A DNA stretch of 63,140 bases, filler included, from Reticulomyxa filosa (Eukaryota; Protista; Foraminifera): assembly GCA_000512085.1 (NCBI GenBank). It is 21 parts of 21 records of this genome, joined end to end, with 100 filler letters (N's around TTAATTAATTAA, not from the genome) between each part and the next. Parts side by side here need not be neighbours in the genome. Positions count along the whole stretch, not along the records: positions 47,138 to 48,747 come from ASPP01021117.1; positions 48,848 to 50,820 come from ASPP01015531.1; positions 50,921 to 55,957 come from ASPP01023621.1; positions 56,058 to 59,297 come from ASPP01047182.1; positions 59,398 to 60,403 come from ASPP01028801.1; positions 60,504 to 61,773 come from ASPP01013428.1; 15 more parts are not named here. One strand, 5' to 3'. The stretch's first letter is position 1; each line of letters begins with the position of its first letter. A program made the position numbers and the translations under genes. A model generated the notes under the pieces. That model saw only the letters and a program-made list of their open reading frames with translations. It made no database searches and was not told the origin of the DNA. Shown here in pieces: positions 47,654 to 61,873 of the stretch.

Positions 47654-48720
47654 GGATATCCCCAAATACAAATTGAACCTTTGGCTGAACCATAACACAA
47701 GCCCAAAGTAGTATTATTGTTTTTCTTCAACACTAAAAATTTAAAAGAACATATTCCACCACCTTTATCATCTCCGTTGATCAAATATAGTTCCTCTTTA
47801 TTTGATCGAATATCCCAAAATCGAATTGTATTATCTGTTGATCCAGAACATATTACATTTGAATTACAATCAATTTCGCTGTTATTTTTTACTACACATT
47901 GTAAATATTCAACAGCATATACAGTATTTGAATGTCTTTTGAATATTTGAATTTGTTGACCAGACCGAATATCCCACAAACGAATACTTTTATCCAATGA
48001 CCCAGATAATATTGTATTTTCACAGTCATTAATTCCTGGCCCATATTTTACACTCCTTACAGCACCTTCATGTCCTTTGAATACAACTAAGTCTTTAGTT
48101 GTTTCAATATCCCATAAACGAATGGTTTTATCCCATTATCCAGAACAAATAGTATTACTTTTATTATTAATATTGCTTCGTAATGATGAAAAGGCAACAC
48201 AACAAACAAAATTTGTGTGTCCATTGAAAATATGTACTGTTTTGGATATTTCAACATCATAAACGAATTGTTCTGTCGAATGATCCAGAACACAAATATC
48301 TGCCATCATTAAATGATGAAAATTCAACTCCACAAACGCCATCAGTGTGTCCATTAAATATTTTTAATTGTTCTTTTTTATTGCCATTGTTTTGTTTTAA
48401 AAACTGACTAATCTGTTCATTGTTTTCTTCAAATTTCTTTTCTTTTTCTTCAATTTTTTCTTTGATTTGTTTAATTTCATTATCTTTTAATTCAATATCT
48501 TTTTTTAATTGTTCAATCTCAATTAATGTTGTTTTCTGTTCAATTGTTGTTTTTGTTTTTTTAATATTTATCTTGAAGGAAAAAAACATACAGACCTGAG
48601 AAGATTCTGATTGTAAAATATTTTGATTCAAAAGCAAAATATCATCTTTTCCTTCTTTCAACTTTAACTCCAATTTATTGTTCTCGTTTTCCAATTTTAT
48701 TTTTTTAATCTCTTCCTATT
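47654..48720 (-). pseudogene. Expanded-family coiled-coil + WD40 gene with several frameshifts
   Basis: Family motifs (GRYLCSGSFDRTIRL, NTICSG, DKSIRLWDIRSGQQIQ, SNVICSGSTDNTIRFWDIRSN, CYGSAKGSICIWG) are split over ORFs 48257-48694, 48136-48354 and 47608-47997. Confidence 0.75.
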
Positions 48721-48850
48721 TTTATTTTTTAAAAATAAATGATAATANNNNNNNNNNNNNNNNNNNNNNNNNNNNNNNNNNNNNNNNNNNNTTAATTAAT
48801 TAANNNNNNNNNNNNNNNNNNNNNNNNNNNNNNNNNNNNNNNNNNNNTTA

Positions 48851-48885
<35 letters not shown>

Positions 48886-48929
48886 GTTGTCGTGTATTGC
48901 TTTCGCAATTGCAAAAATGAAATCAAAAA

Positions 48930-49804
48930 TAACAACTTGCACAACCAGGACTTGGAGTTGGAGAGGACAATACTAAAAGATGAATTGCAGCAGTTGAAAA
49001 ACGACCCATCCTTCCTACGTGCGCACACTGCCACCAGTACCATCAATGAACATCCTCAGAGATACAGTATTGATTTGTCCAAATTTGTTGTTTCGTTTTT
49101 GTTTTCATTTTTTTATTTTTATTTTTTTTGTAAAAAAAAAAAATGAAAACAAAAACGAAATAAAATGGAGCGGATTAGGAGGACGAAGATAAGCAAAAAG
49201 AAGAAAAAACTATAAGCACGGCCAATGGCATAGTCGACGAAGGGGACACTGGCATCTCTCCATTGGTAGTGCAAAAAATGAAGCTGGCATTGGAAGCAGC
49301 ACAAAAAATGACGAAAAATGGACTATCCACGACTCCTGGGGACAACACTTCCATTCCCTCGCAAAAACAAAACACTTCGGATACTTCAACAAAGACTTCT
49401 GCTCTTTCTTCAAACCCAGAAGAGCCCAACAAAAAAGTTGTGTGTGTGTGTGTGTATATATGTGCGTGTGTCTTTGTCCTTGCTCTTTTTCGAAAGTGAA
49501 AGGAGCAAGTCCAAAGATGAAAACTCTGAGTCAAGTGTTACTTCCTTTTGTTGTATATATCCTTGGAAGTACATTTCAAGGATAAGAATTTTTTTTTTTT
49601 TTTAAAATTTTTTTGATAAACAAAATAAAATGCCAACAATTGAAATAAAATAAAAATGATAAAGAATGAAGCCGAGATTTTATTACCAATTTTAAAAACA
49701 TATGCAAATCGATGGATATCGCACAAAGCACAAATCCAAAAGATTCGACATGGATTATCACAATCTCAAGATCAATGCAAAGTCATCAAAGTTAAAAATT
49801 GCAC

Positions 49805-49836
<32 letters not shown>

Positions 49837-50755
49837 GTATATATATGTATATATCTATCTATTTATATGTATGATACAATTGTTCAATACTTTATTAAAG
49901 AAACGATTACACCCATTGTTGGAAGCGGATGCATTGTCGGAACTACCATCACACAAATTGTCGACATTGCTGTCACTGATCCACTTAGTGGAAGACTCGA
50001 CGACGGACATATCGATATCTGCAAACGACGGGAGTTTGGAATTGGAAGAGTTGGAGAGATTTTTCGACGACATTCTGACGTCGTTGAAAGTGGACAACGA
50101 AGCGGCCGACGGTTCGAACGCCAACGGCAGCAAAGGAACGAGACAGTCCAAGTTCAATAGCGCATCACGACGGTCGTCACTACCGAACAAGTCGCAAGGG
50201 CCGCACATGTCCGGTTACCATTCGCGAATGACCTTGTCACGAGGAGACCACTTTCAGTCGGAAATGGACTTTACATTGGAGCGTCCGGAGGAGCATATGA
50301 AGCGAAGAGAGCAATACGCGGAGATCGTATCGGAATTGGAGATGATGCTTAAAGAGTCGCAGCGACAATGTTCGCAGGTGTCGACTACGTTGCGTGTATC
50401 GCTCAATGAGCTGATCAAGTCTACCGACTCAAATGAATGGCAATCCATGACCAATAGCATGTGCAACCATCTCGGCGAGTCCTTGTCTGCTGTTTGTCAG
50501 GCCTTGGAAGCGACCTTGGGTGAGGTCAAAAGCGCCGGCATGCTGCTCATGGAAAACGACAAGCAGATCGAAGGCTTCGAAGAACAGCTCAACGCGCTCG
50601 CCACGACACTCGTCGAGGCCCGCAAAGACTATCACCAAAAGGTCCAAGATATGTCCGAAAAAATACGCAGATTGCGCGATCGCAAATCCAATTTGCAAGA
50701 CGAGTTGCGTCAAGAGCGAGCCATTGCAGAGAAGCGATCTTCCGAACAGGCCAGG
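48930..50755 (+). CDS. Multi-exon coiled-coil protein, internal fragment; function unknown
   Basis: Heptad-rich 325-aa ORF 49799-50776 and upstream co-oriented exons with microsatellite-rich introns. Confidence 0.55.
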
Positions 50756-51012
50756 TATTTTAATGTTGTTTTTTAAATACCCCCCTTTGGTTTTTTTTTT
50801 TTTTTTTGGATCCCCCTTTTNNNNNNNNNNNNNNNNNNNNNNNNNNNNNNNNNNNNNNNNNNNNTTAATTAATTAANNNNNNNNNNNNNNNNNNNNNNNN
50901 NNNNNNNNNNNNNNNNNNNNTTTTTTTTTTTTTTTTTTTTTTTTCTAAACTTGTGTCTTATAATACGACACAAACGATCCGATCCCATTTCTCAATACTT
51001 TTGTGTGAATAG

Positions 51013-52046
51013 GTTGTTGCGCTTGGTCGATCGAAGATTTCGTGGCATTGCCAAAGGTGTCGGAACGGCTACTATAATTGGCCGAGTGCATGTGGCCAAG
51101 CTTAAATTTGGTTTGTTTATATTATTTCAAAACAAAATGTTTGCAAACTTTAAAAAAAATTTTTTTTTTTTTTTTTTTTTTTTGGAAATGTATTGTTGGG
51201 GGAGGGAGGGGGCGGGGAATTATAATATTTTATCCAAATAACACTTTGTTCAAAACTTTTGAATGGTGTTTGCTCTTTTGTTAATACGTGCGTCAAAAAA
51301 AAAAAAGGGAAGATTTTCCTGCCTTGCTCATTTACGATAATGGAGGATCCTGAAATGGAGTTCTTGTTTGGTTTGGACATGCTGCGAAGACATCAAGCTG
51401 TCATTGATTTGCAAAAAGGTGTCTTGCGAATCGATTCTGAAGAAGTTGCTTTTTTGCAAGAAAAAGTTACGTTTTTTTTAAATTTTATTTTCACGAAAGA
51501 AGAAGGGTCTCATTATGTAATAGTAGTTTCAATTACCAAACAAATTAACAAAAAAAAAAAAAGGATATCCCTCATTTGCGGTCGCAAACTTTGGCCGAGT
51601 TGCAAGAAGAACAACTAACCTCAGGCCTTGGCACAATGCAAAGCGCTTCGAATTCTAACACAACATCCAACTCTGGCACCAATTCCAACTTGAGCTCGAG
51701 CACCAAACCCACAACCACTTCTAATAATACAACCACGTCAACCACGCCAGCCATTTCCACCACATCGACCACGACAACGTCGACGACGAGACCAAACAGT
51801 ACTGCCACCACAACTTCCCATACCGGCACAAGTTCGACTATTCAATCCACATCCTCGACAAGATCACAAGCAACTACTCGTCCCTCCACGCAAAGAACTG
51901 CTTTCAAAGAAGAAGATATCACCATGCTGATCAATAATTTTAACTGCACGCGAGAAGAGGCAATCCGAGTCTTAACCATTACAGGGGGAAATGCGGAACT
52001 GGCTGCTAACTTGTTGTTTCAGACGAGTGGGCTGGGATTTGACTAG
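51013..52046 (+). CDS. DDI1: DNA damage-inducible 1: retroviral-like aspartyl protease C-half + UBA
   Basis: [50 protein letters not shown]; C-terminal [27 protein letters not shown]; introns 51111-51307 and 51466-51563. Confidence 0.92.
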
Positions 52047-52896
52047 TCACAAACTGTTCCTTTTTTTTTCTCCTTAATTTTCGCAAATTTTTCGGTGAAA
52101 TATGTTTGTGGTGAAAATAATTTTTTGCGAAATTGGCTATCCAAAAAAAAAAAACTGCTTTTTCATACTTGAAGAAAATTTTCAAAAATGAAACTCTATC
52201 AAATTGTTTTACCAAGTTTATGAAGATTGAAGATCGCTGATAATTGAGTAACGACATCTGTGCGAATAATACAAGATCTGTGCTAAGAAGAAAAACTTTG
52301 TTATGCTGAAATAAGTTCGTCAATTTTTGATTTATCTTCTCAGTAAAAAAAACAGCAACTTTTTAAGAAGTCAAATTAAAATGGAAAATTTTTAACAATT
52401 GTTTTTGCATAATTTTTTGCTTTGATTGTTCGGTTATACAAAAATGATTTTATAAAAAGTGTGATGTATGTGCATATTTTGTACACACATACATATATAT
52501 TTTAAAGTTGAAAAAATAATTATTTGTGCTAAAATATCGTTACACAAGTAAAGTGAATTTTATTAAATTTTTTTTTATTAATGATATTTATTGTCCACAT
52601 AAACAAAGCGAATAAAAGTATAATAGTCATTGTATATGCAATACACTTCTTTTTTTAAAAAATTTTGGCTAAATATTTTATTTTTAAATGTTATGTTTTT
52701 GGAAAAAAACGATATTTATTTGATACTAGTAATGGCACTACGAAACACTTCTGGATTACAATTTACAATATTGACAAAAATGATTTAACAATGCCAATTG
52801 CGAACTTTAAGTATTTAATTCATGTCCCAAAATATGCACTTATACCAAAAAAATGAAGCAAAACATCTAGTACAATAATTAGACAAAACAACTATT

Positions 52897-55109
52897 TTAG
52901 TTTTGTGGAGTTGAAGCTGTTTTCAAAGTAACTGCAGTTTCACTGACAACAATTTGAAAAAGAATATCGTCGTTTCCTTTATTATCAACATTAAGAATTA
53001 AGCTCTGTTCTGCTGGAGAAAGTTTAAGAAAGTTCAACCACAATAAGCAGTTATACGTTGCTGATCCATAAAAACCTTGATATTTCGCAACATTAGAAGT
53101 CAATGGATAAATACAACGAAAATTCCCGGATCTATTCAATTGATCCTGAATTTCTTGCAATAATTGCACTTCTCTTGGACCAATCATAAGCCGTTCTTTT
53201 GAAAAATTTTCACAAGTAGGAGAACGCTTGTGAGCACTTTCAAGTGAGTTTGATTGTAAAGATGAGTACTCTTTCATATCAACTGGCTCCACACCAATAC
53301 AATGAAAAATATCGCACATCAGCGTAGTTCTGTTCATTCATTTATAAACAAGCAAGTAAAATAAAGAAATCAAATTGTAGAGGCTCACTTTAAGGATGTG
53401 CAAAATTAATATTAACTTGATACGCTTATCAAAGGGTGAAGAACTACTCAATGATGGTAACAGATTGACTTCTAGCAAGTAGGGTACTAATTCATCTGTA
53501 AGCAGAATGTCAAAACCGTACAATTCAAAGCATTGCTTCCATGAGCAATTCGCAAGTGTCAAGCGAGAGGTGATAGACGCATGAACAGACAACATGGTCT
53601 TAATAACAATATCATGAATGTCACTCAACAACAGGTCTATATTTTGATGGTCTCTGATTTGCAAGTATTCCAGAAGCTGCTTTAAGCTCCATTTTGTAAA
53701 CAAGTACTCGTTATAGTCAGTGTTTTGTTTGTAATTTTTGCTTTTTTTTTGAATGCTGTAATTGGTCAAATGAATCTTTAAATCACGCAAATACTTTACG
53801 TCATTAGAATATCTAAACAAATTACAAGCGAAACAAAAAAAGGGGGTTGTTCTAATTTCGTCATTTGAAAAAAAAGTCATTACCTTTTTGTAGAAAATCT
53901 TGTTAATCCATCATTGAAAAGATAAATTATCAAAGGGTCAAAACTTGTTACCAAGACGTATAATCTTAAATCAAATTTTCTTCCTTTTATTAAGTAAGGG
54001 TTGTGACGTACTCTTGAACCACAACAGTATTGCCATTCGTTGTAGCTCCGTTGTAGATTGGGAGTTGATGCAGATCACTTATCAAACGAATTCCTCGTCC
54101 ACAACTACTTGAGTTTGGTTTGCAAATCCACATATTTGGGTGCTTGCCATCCAAATGGTTTTTGGCGAGGTTAAATCGTTTTACAAAAGCATTGTGTTGA
54201 GCAGGCAATATATAGGTTCGAGGTATGATGTTATAATTTTTCCTACCATACTTTTGGATCATTGCATTTACACTTTGTGATAAACTATCTTTTCTTCCCA
54301 GTCTGGTACTTCCTGGGAAATGGTTGATCCGTTGAAAGGAACTTAAGTTACGGATTTGTTCAACACTCAAATGCTTACCCCAAAACACATTCCAATTGCA
54401 AGTGTTTGTTCGATAAAATCCTGCATTTTTAAATGTGTTTACTACCGCGTTGTATTCCCACACGTGTGAAGATATGCGGTAGCGCAGTTTTAATATTTTG
54501 TCTGATTTTTCCTCGGATGTAGTATCCACATTTATTGTTGAAATAGCTTCTGTCCATATAACAACATTTTTTTTTAAAATTAAGCTGATGACAAAAACTC
54601 CTTTTGGAATATGTTACTCTCATTTCACTTTTTTTCAAACCTTGATCCATATTTAAAATTCTATTCTGCTGACACACTGGTAAATAATGAAAGACCACGT
54701 TAGTTAATGTTTTTGCAAATTGACCGCGAATCACAAACACTTTATCAATTCGATTCACTTTTAATCCAATCATTTTTCCATTTCTGATAACAAATGATCG
54801 CTTTCTGTTCTCATTGGATTGAGAAAGTTCTTGGGAACAGTTATCATCCAGGCTTTTGTCAGTAGCGCTGGAAGCAGTGGAAATTGATCGTGTAGTAGTA
54901 GTTCTTGCCATAAAATTACTTACATCACGCAGCGCGATTTTTTTTGCAGACATTGCTCTATGGCTTTCTTGATGAGTACTCCCTCTGCGCGACTGCTTTG
55001 TTTTTGGTGCATTAAGACCTGTCTTTTTTTGCATGTGCAAGATTGCACTTTGGCGAAAATAAGGAAGTAATGGTGCAGAGTAAAATTGCTCTAGCTCATA
55101 ACTGATCAT
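52897..55109 (-). CDS. Tubulin polyglutamylase, TTLL4/TTLL5-like
   Basis: [79 protein letters not shown]. Confidence 0.9.
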
Positions 55110-55419
55110 TTGTAAATTGATTATTGCTCCTGTTTTCTAGTCCATCATTAGTTTTTATTGCTTTTTAAAAAAATTTGTTTTAATTGTGGCAAGAACACTT
55201 TTTTTTGGGTTTGTTTTTTTTATATCCAAAAATTTTTAATTTTTGTATGAGCCATTATTTATACATTTTTGGTAAAAAAGCCACTTGAAATTATTTTCTT
55301 TTTTTTAAGTAAGTTAATGTCCCACGACAAGAAAGTTTTGAAATATTGAACATGCTGCACAATGATGCAAAAAAATTTACAAGTTTGATCCAAAAAAAAA
55401 AGATCTAAAAAGAAATAAG

Positions 55420-55945
55420 TTACACCGTTGATTTTTCCACTGTATTTATGGACAAAACATTGGCCATTTGAACCGATACATTTTGTGTCGTTTCGCCCGT
55501 AGTTGAGCTAGCAGGTATATGCCTCTCACGCCAATTCATGGCGAAGTAGGCATCTTCAACACTGTAGTACCGATTGTATAAAAAGCTGATAAGTCCCATT
55601 AAGATTACCGTGCCCAATGCTCCGTAAGCTTTTTCTAGTACCTGCATATATTTTTTTTGTTTCAAGGTAACCCCCCTTTGTATCATACACACAAAAAAAA
55701 AAAAAAGTAACCGCAAACCTCAGCAGTATACTTATCATTGATAGATTTAATAGGAAAAAATGTAGCGAATAGTGTGGGAAAGGCATTTGCAATGATTGTG
55801 CATTGGATACTTTGAAACTTTCCGGTCACTTGGCGATCTTCGACGATGTGATGGAATGCCTGACTCATTGCAAACAGCCCAAACACCGCGAGCATCGAAC
55901 TTAAATTGCGAAACACACTAACGATTTGCACTCGAACCGTGTCCC
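55420..55945 (-). CDS. OST-alpha/TMEM184-like organic solute transporter, 3' part
   Basis: SSMLAVFGLFAM..HIVEDRQVTGKFQSIQ..and terminal TM ..ILMGLISFLYNRYYS resembling Solute_trans_a helices 5-7. Confidence 0.6.
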
Positions 55946-57748
55946 CCTTTTTTTTTTNNNNNNNNNNNNNNNNNNNNNNNNNNNNNNNNNNNNNNNNNNN
56001 NTTAATTAATTAANNNNNNNNNNNNNNNNNNNNNNNNNNNNNNNNNNNNNNNNNNNNTTTTTGAACATATGCTTATTTATTTAAAATAAATAGAAACATA
56101 AATTTAAATTTACATGAGAACAACTTCATTGAAGGAAAATAAATTTATTTGTAGATTTTTATGTGATGTTGGGAGTAATTGTTAGAATGAATACGCAAAT
56201 TAAGATTATCATGTTAATTTTTGTTTTATATTTACAGATGTCTTACTTATAATAAACACTCAAACTTTATTGAAAAAAAATAATTCTGCTCAAAACAATA
56301 AAAATATTTTTTAAAATGTGTTGTTAATGTGATTATTTTTGAGTGTGGTATACCATATATAAATAATGACTGTTAAAAAATAAAAACAATGAAAATATCG
56401 AATTTATCTTTCTTTTTACAGTATTAAGATTATCCAATATAAGGATTCCATAAGTACAAATATTACAAAACAATCATTCATATCACAAAGTATAAATTAT
56501 TTTGTCTGCTCTTCCAATCTTCGGATGAAGGACAAATGAATTCGCAGTTGAAAAAAGCAATTACCACAGACTGCCAAAAATCCTCTACCATAATGGAAAG
56601 TAGGATTGTGAATGAATACGACAAAAAGATACTTTATTTATTTTAAATCAACTATCAAAAATTAATCAGATCTTCATACAGACAAACACTTGAACAAAGA
56701 ACCAACTTTAACGTTGTTTGTGTTTAATCCTTTCATTGTACAAATAAAATCATCTGTAGAAAAAAAAGATATTCGTTATCACTTCATTTGTTTAATAACA
56801 AAATATTTACACATAATGTTTTTGCAAAAAGAGAAAAAAAAATCCTTTATGACGTATATTCTTTCGCATTATCAGCGTTTTTCTGCTGACACGATATTAT
56901 GGTGTAAATTTCATTTATTTTGTTATTAAAGCTAAACAAAAAACACATCAAAAGTATTCGAATTTTTGTAATGTGTATATCCTTATGAGATGATGTTTTC
57001 ACTTAAAATCCGAAAATAAATAAGTCCGTTTTTTGGATAATTCCGCGGACAATAGATAATATTTGATTACAAAGAAAAAAAAGGTAGCAAATAAACTTTT
57101 TTAGCTTCCAATCCAAAGATAGTGATATCAATTAACAAAAGTTTTTAAATGTTCAAGCAAACGATAATTCAAAAGAATTATGAAAATATTTGTGAACTTA
57201 ATTATTTGTTATGCCGAAAGGAAAAGAAAGGAAGTGAAATGAGGAGTCGAAATGTAATCTGAACTTGATATTGATAAATTATTCTATAATGAATTAAATG
57301 AATTGCTTAATTTTAACGTTTTATTATCCAAATTGACTTTTGCTCATTTAATTTGGATGAATACAAAAACAAAAAAAGATAATAATTTCATTTATTTGTA
57401 ATATCATCAGAATATGATACAATTGTATTTTCATTAGAATGTTCTTGCATTTAAACAAGTTTTCCAAATGATAAATCGTACACTGTATCGTCAATCATTA
57501 CTCCTTATTCTTTTTAGATATTTTTGATTTTAATTTTTTACAAAAAAATTGAAAGAGCTGTTTTTAGAGTTTTTGTGAATAAAAACTAAATTTTAAAGTG
57601 ACTTACCCAATTTTATTTCCTTTTTTTAAAACTCTTCGACTTCATTTAAAAAAACTATAGAATATTGTTCTTAAAAAAAAGTTCAAAGATTTTCCATTTT
57701 ACATTATCAAAGACAACTTTATGCGAAAAAATAAAAAGAGTCAAAAGA

Positions 57749-59124
57749 ATGGCAACTCTTGACAATGAAAAACAAGTTTCAACACAACAAGCAGAGGTAA
57801 TCTTTCTTTCAATTTTTCAGAAGTTAACTGTCTTCAAATTTTTATTGTATTTGCAATTGCAGAAGTCAAAAGAAGAAGAGATCAAAATAATTATTGAATA
57901 TTGGACTCGAACGTTAAATATTCAATTTGGATGGATCAATGACTTTGACAAACTAATCACCGATTATGTTATGTTTTTTTTGTTAATATATTTTTCACTG
58001 TTGTTATTATCATCAATAATCATAATTTAATGTAGGCAAATACGGCTTTCATGCTTGACACGTTTCGTTCATCATCTAAATTACTCAATACACTCATTGG
58101 ACACACTAAATATGTGCATAGTATTGATTATTCAACATTCGATAGTGGTCCGTTCATTTGTTCTGGATCAGGTGATAAAACAGTTAGTGTATGGGATGTT
58201 GATAACAACAAACAAATTCAATCATTTGATGGACATTTAGATCAAGTATTTTGTGTGAAATTTTCACAATATCATTATTGTGTTAATCATTGTAATGTCG
58301 TTTGTTCTTCATCAGATGATAATACCATTCGTTTTTGGGATATCAAAAGTAATCAACAATTGCAAATATTCAACGGATATACTGATGGTGTTTGTGGTAT
58401 TGAATTTTCATCATTTAGTGGTGGTAGATATTTGTGTTCTGGATCAGGTAACAAAACTGTTCGTTTATGGGATGTTGAAACATCAAGATTATTACATATT
58501 TTCAATGGACATGAAGATGCTGTTTGGTGTGTTGATATGTCACCATTGCAAAGCAACAACAATAACATTGATAAAGGTAATTATATTGGTGTGATTGGTG
58601 GTAATGGATATACAGTTTGTTCTGGATCATGGGATAATACCATTCGAATATGGGATATCGAAACAACAAAACAATTAATTGTATTGGAAGGATGTGAAAG
58701 TTGGATTGAAAGTGTAAAATATGGATCAAATCAATTAGTAAATACAATATTATCTGGATCAATGGATAAAAGTGTTCGTTTGTGGGATATTCGGTCTGGT
58801 CAACAAATTCAAGTATTCAATGGGCATACAGATTTTGTACGTGCTGTTGAATATTCACCACTTGTAGTAAATAATAATGAAATTGGTGATAGTTCAAATG
58901 TGATATGTTCTGGATCAAGTGATCATACAATTCGATTTTGGGATATTCGATCAAATAGAAATGACTTATATGTGATTAATGGAGACAAAGAAGATTATGG
59001 AATATCATGTCTTAAATTTATGCAATTGAAAAAGAAGGGAAATTGCAATAAACAAAAATTAAATGATGATTGCAGTGTTTATTTATGTTATGGTTCATCC
59101 AATAAAATTTGTGTTTGGGGATGA
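57749..59124 (+). CDS. Expanded-family WD40 protein (apparently intact)
   Basis: Exons ~57749-57796, ~57862-57967 and ~58036-59124; six to seven WD40 repeats with family motifs GGNGYTVCSGSWDNTIRIWDIET and SNVICSGS.DHTIRFWDIRSN. Confidence 0.9.
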
Positions 59125-60524
59125 ACATAAATGAGCGAAGTTTTATTTTGAATTAAATCAATGACAATTTTGGCAACAAAGCAAATTTTTTAAATGATGT
59201 TTGATGATGAACAAATTATGTTAGCATAATAAATTTAATTACAATAACCGGTGTTCCCTTTTTTTAAAAGCAATGATTTGCATCAATTTTTTTTTTTNNN
59301 NNNNNNNNNNNNNNNNNNNNNNNNNNNNNNNNNNNNNNNNNTTAATTAATTAANNNNNNNNNNNNNNNNNNNNNNNNNNNNNNNNNNNNNNNNNNNNACG
59401 AGTCAATGCGAATTTCCAAAGATGGTGAGAATGAACACGAAAATGAAAATATAGAATTAGTGTTCACACTGGTGAAAGACTCATATCGCTTTGTAATGAA
59501 CGACCAATTGGATTTCCCTGCGAGACTGAAGTTTGCAGTTTTCTAGTTTTATCAAATCTACACTGAATTATGCAAAGATATGGATCGTTCCTTATAAAAG
59601 CCTTTCTCGTTATTGTTGTATTCAAACAATCAATTTGTAAAGGAGCCATCAAGAACATAAATATTACGTGAGCTTTAGCCAGTATAAATCACATTGCAAA
59701 CTTCACAAGCGCACAAAAAAAAATACATGCACAAATCAACAAAAATGTTGACATTTACTGTGTGAAGGAATCACGTGTTAACCCCAAATAGCTGCCTATG
59801 GTGTACTTTCTATTTTTTTATGTAAACCTCAAATAAATAAAAGAAAAAATATATAAGAGCTTAATGTTCTTTCTTTTTTGGAAAGTTAATGAAATCAAAA
59901 GGGTATTAAAAGTTAATAACTTTACTTGACTTTCACAAATACTTTTTCAAATAAAATTAAATTTATTTTAGAACTGCTCGAGAACTCTTTGCTCATTCTC
60001 GTGTATGATATCATCTTACAGTATAGTATTGAATAAACAATATAAAAAAGCTGCAACGCAAAGAGTATAAAGAAAACACATCGCATCACATGCGTGACAA
60101 AGAAAAACATTATTTTATTGCATATTATTATTGAATGCATTTTTGTTGCATGTTGCTGTGTCATTGCAATCTTTCGATAATGCAAACAAAAAATGTGACA
60201 TATTTAGTTGAATCTTGGACTTTTATTTGTAAGTAATAATTTTCTAATATAATTTTGCCATCTTTCATTACAAATTCTTATACAACTAGTCTTGTACAAA
60301 CTTAAAAAGTAATCCCAACAAATCAGTTAATGCAGTAATATCAAAATCAACTTATTGTGCACCAAAAAACTTGCTCAATAAATGCAAAAATTCTCATCAA
60401 AATNNNNNNNNNNNNNNNNNNNNNNNNNNNNNNNNNNNNNNNNNNNNTTAATTAATTAANNNNNNNNNNNNNNNNNNNNNNNNNNNNNNNNNNNNNNNNN
60501 NNNAAAAAAAAAAAAAAAAAAGGA

Positions 60525-61203
60525 TAACTTTGTAAACGTGATAAGCCAAAAAGATAAACAAACTGGTATTCCAAAAGATATGAACCAGAACAACAATAGC
60601 ACCAAACAAGAACCCCTCAATTCCGGTATTATCGCAGTTGGTAAGGTGTAAGCGGATGTTGTGAATAAACAATGAAATCCCGTACGTGACACTTGGAGCA
60701 ATAACAAAAAAATAGCGTCTGCATCTGGGCACTTCGAAGACACTGCCTTGGAGGAGGACGGTGGCGCGGAGTAAGTAGAATGAGTAAAAAAACCCTTCGG
60801 TAAATACTCGCATATATCCTACGTACATTGCCTGGGCACATGCCGTTCCAACACTGTCGCTCAGCGCATACAGCAAATGTTCAAAGACGTTTCCAATACA
60901 TATCCAAAAACAACCGACTGTGTACAGAGTCACTGTCCATTTGATTTTGGGGTCAATTGGTATTGCTCTTTTCGCATCGCTTTTTGGTAGTGATATGCTT
61001 ACACTTGTCTCTCTCTTTTGCGAAGAGAGCTGAATTTGCTTATCCGACTCACTCACTGCCCTCTCTCTTTTCGGGCTCCACAGGTTATGCCATACTACGT
61101 ATAACAGCCAGGCGCAGTAAGCACTGCACAACGAACTGACAACCAGAGTTGCCATTAACCAATTTCTAGATTCAAAACCAGCTTTTTGCACATTTAAAGA
61201 CAT
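60525..61203 (-). CDS. Multi-pass (7TM/GPCR-like) membrane protein, 5' part
   Basis: Five hydrophobic helices; Cys at start of the third (TACAQA) and in the following loop (TNCD); FYLLRA..LQGSVF intracellular motif. Confidence 0.55.
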
Positions 61204-61873
61204 TTTTTTTTTTTGAAAATGGTCTTGAAAGAGAGAACAAGGGGTACGTTTTTCACAATTTTGGAAAGTTCTTATTTTGTCGCGTTGAAATTTTACTTTT
61301 CATTAAAAAAAAAAAAAAAAACAGGAATTTTTTTTATTTATGTTATTTATGTCATTTTTTTTGTCCTAAAATATATTCATTCGGGAAACTTAATGAATTT
61401 GGAAAGACCAACCAAAAATAAGTTTTGTTCCAACTTTGGAAGTGGCAAATATGATCAAGTTTATTTTACAATACTAGTTTGAACCTGGAGCTTGTCAAAA
61501 CATCCTCCATCTTTTCAGAGATGCAATTTCGTTTTGAAAAGTGAGACTCCACACATGGCAAGCTGTGTGGTCCCCTCCATCCCAAAAGCGAGTTTCTACA
61601 AAGAAATTAGTACATATATAGAAAAGTGTGCGTGACAAATTAGTTGCCAACAATAAAAAATAAAAGCGATGGACAATACGAATAACCAAGAAACGGAGTG
61701 ATCACAAAAGGATAAAGAAAGAAACAAAGCGAAACAAACTCAAACGAATGAAATTGAAACAACTTTAAAAAAANNNNNNNNNNNNNNNNNNNNNNNNNNN
61801 NNNNNNNNNNNNNNNNNTTAATTAATTAANNNNNNNNNNNNNNNNNNNNNNNNNNNNNNNNNNNNNNNNNNNN

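Noticed and set aside
51013-51465. Retroviral-like protease as sign of an LTR retrotransposon
   Set aside because: Sequence and C-terminal UBA identify cellular DDI1; introns are present and no RT/integrase is seen.
59398-60403. Short ORFs on this contig
   Set aside because: No motifs or coherent exon chain; treated as non-coding or unknown.
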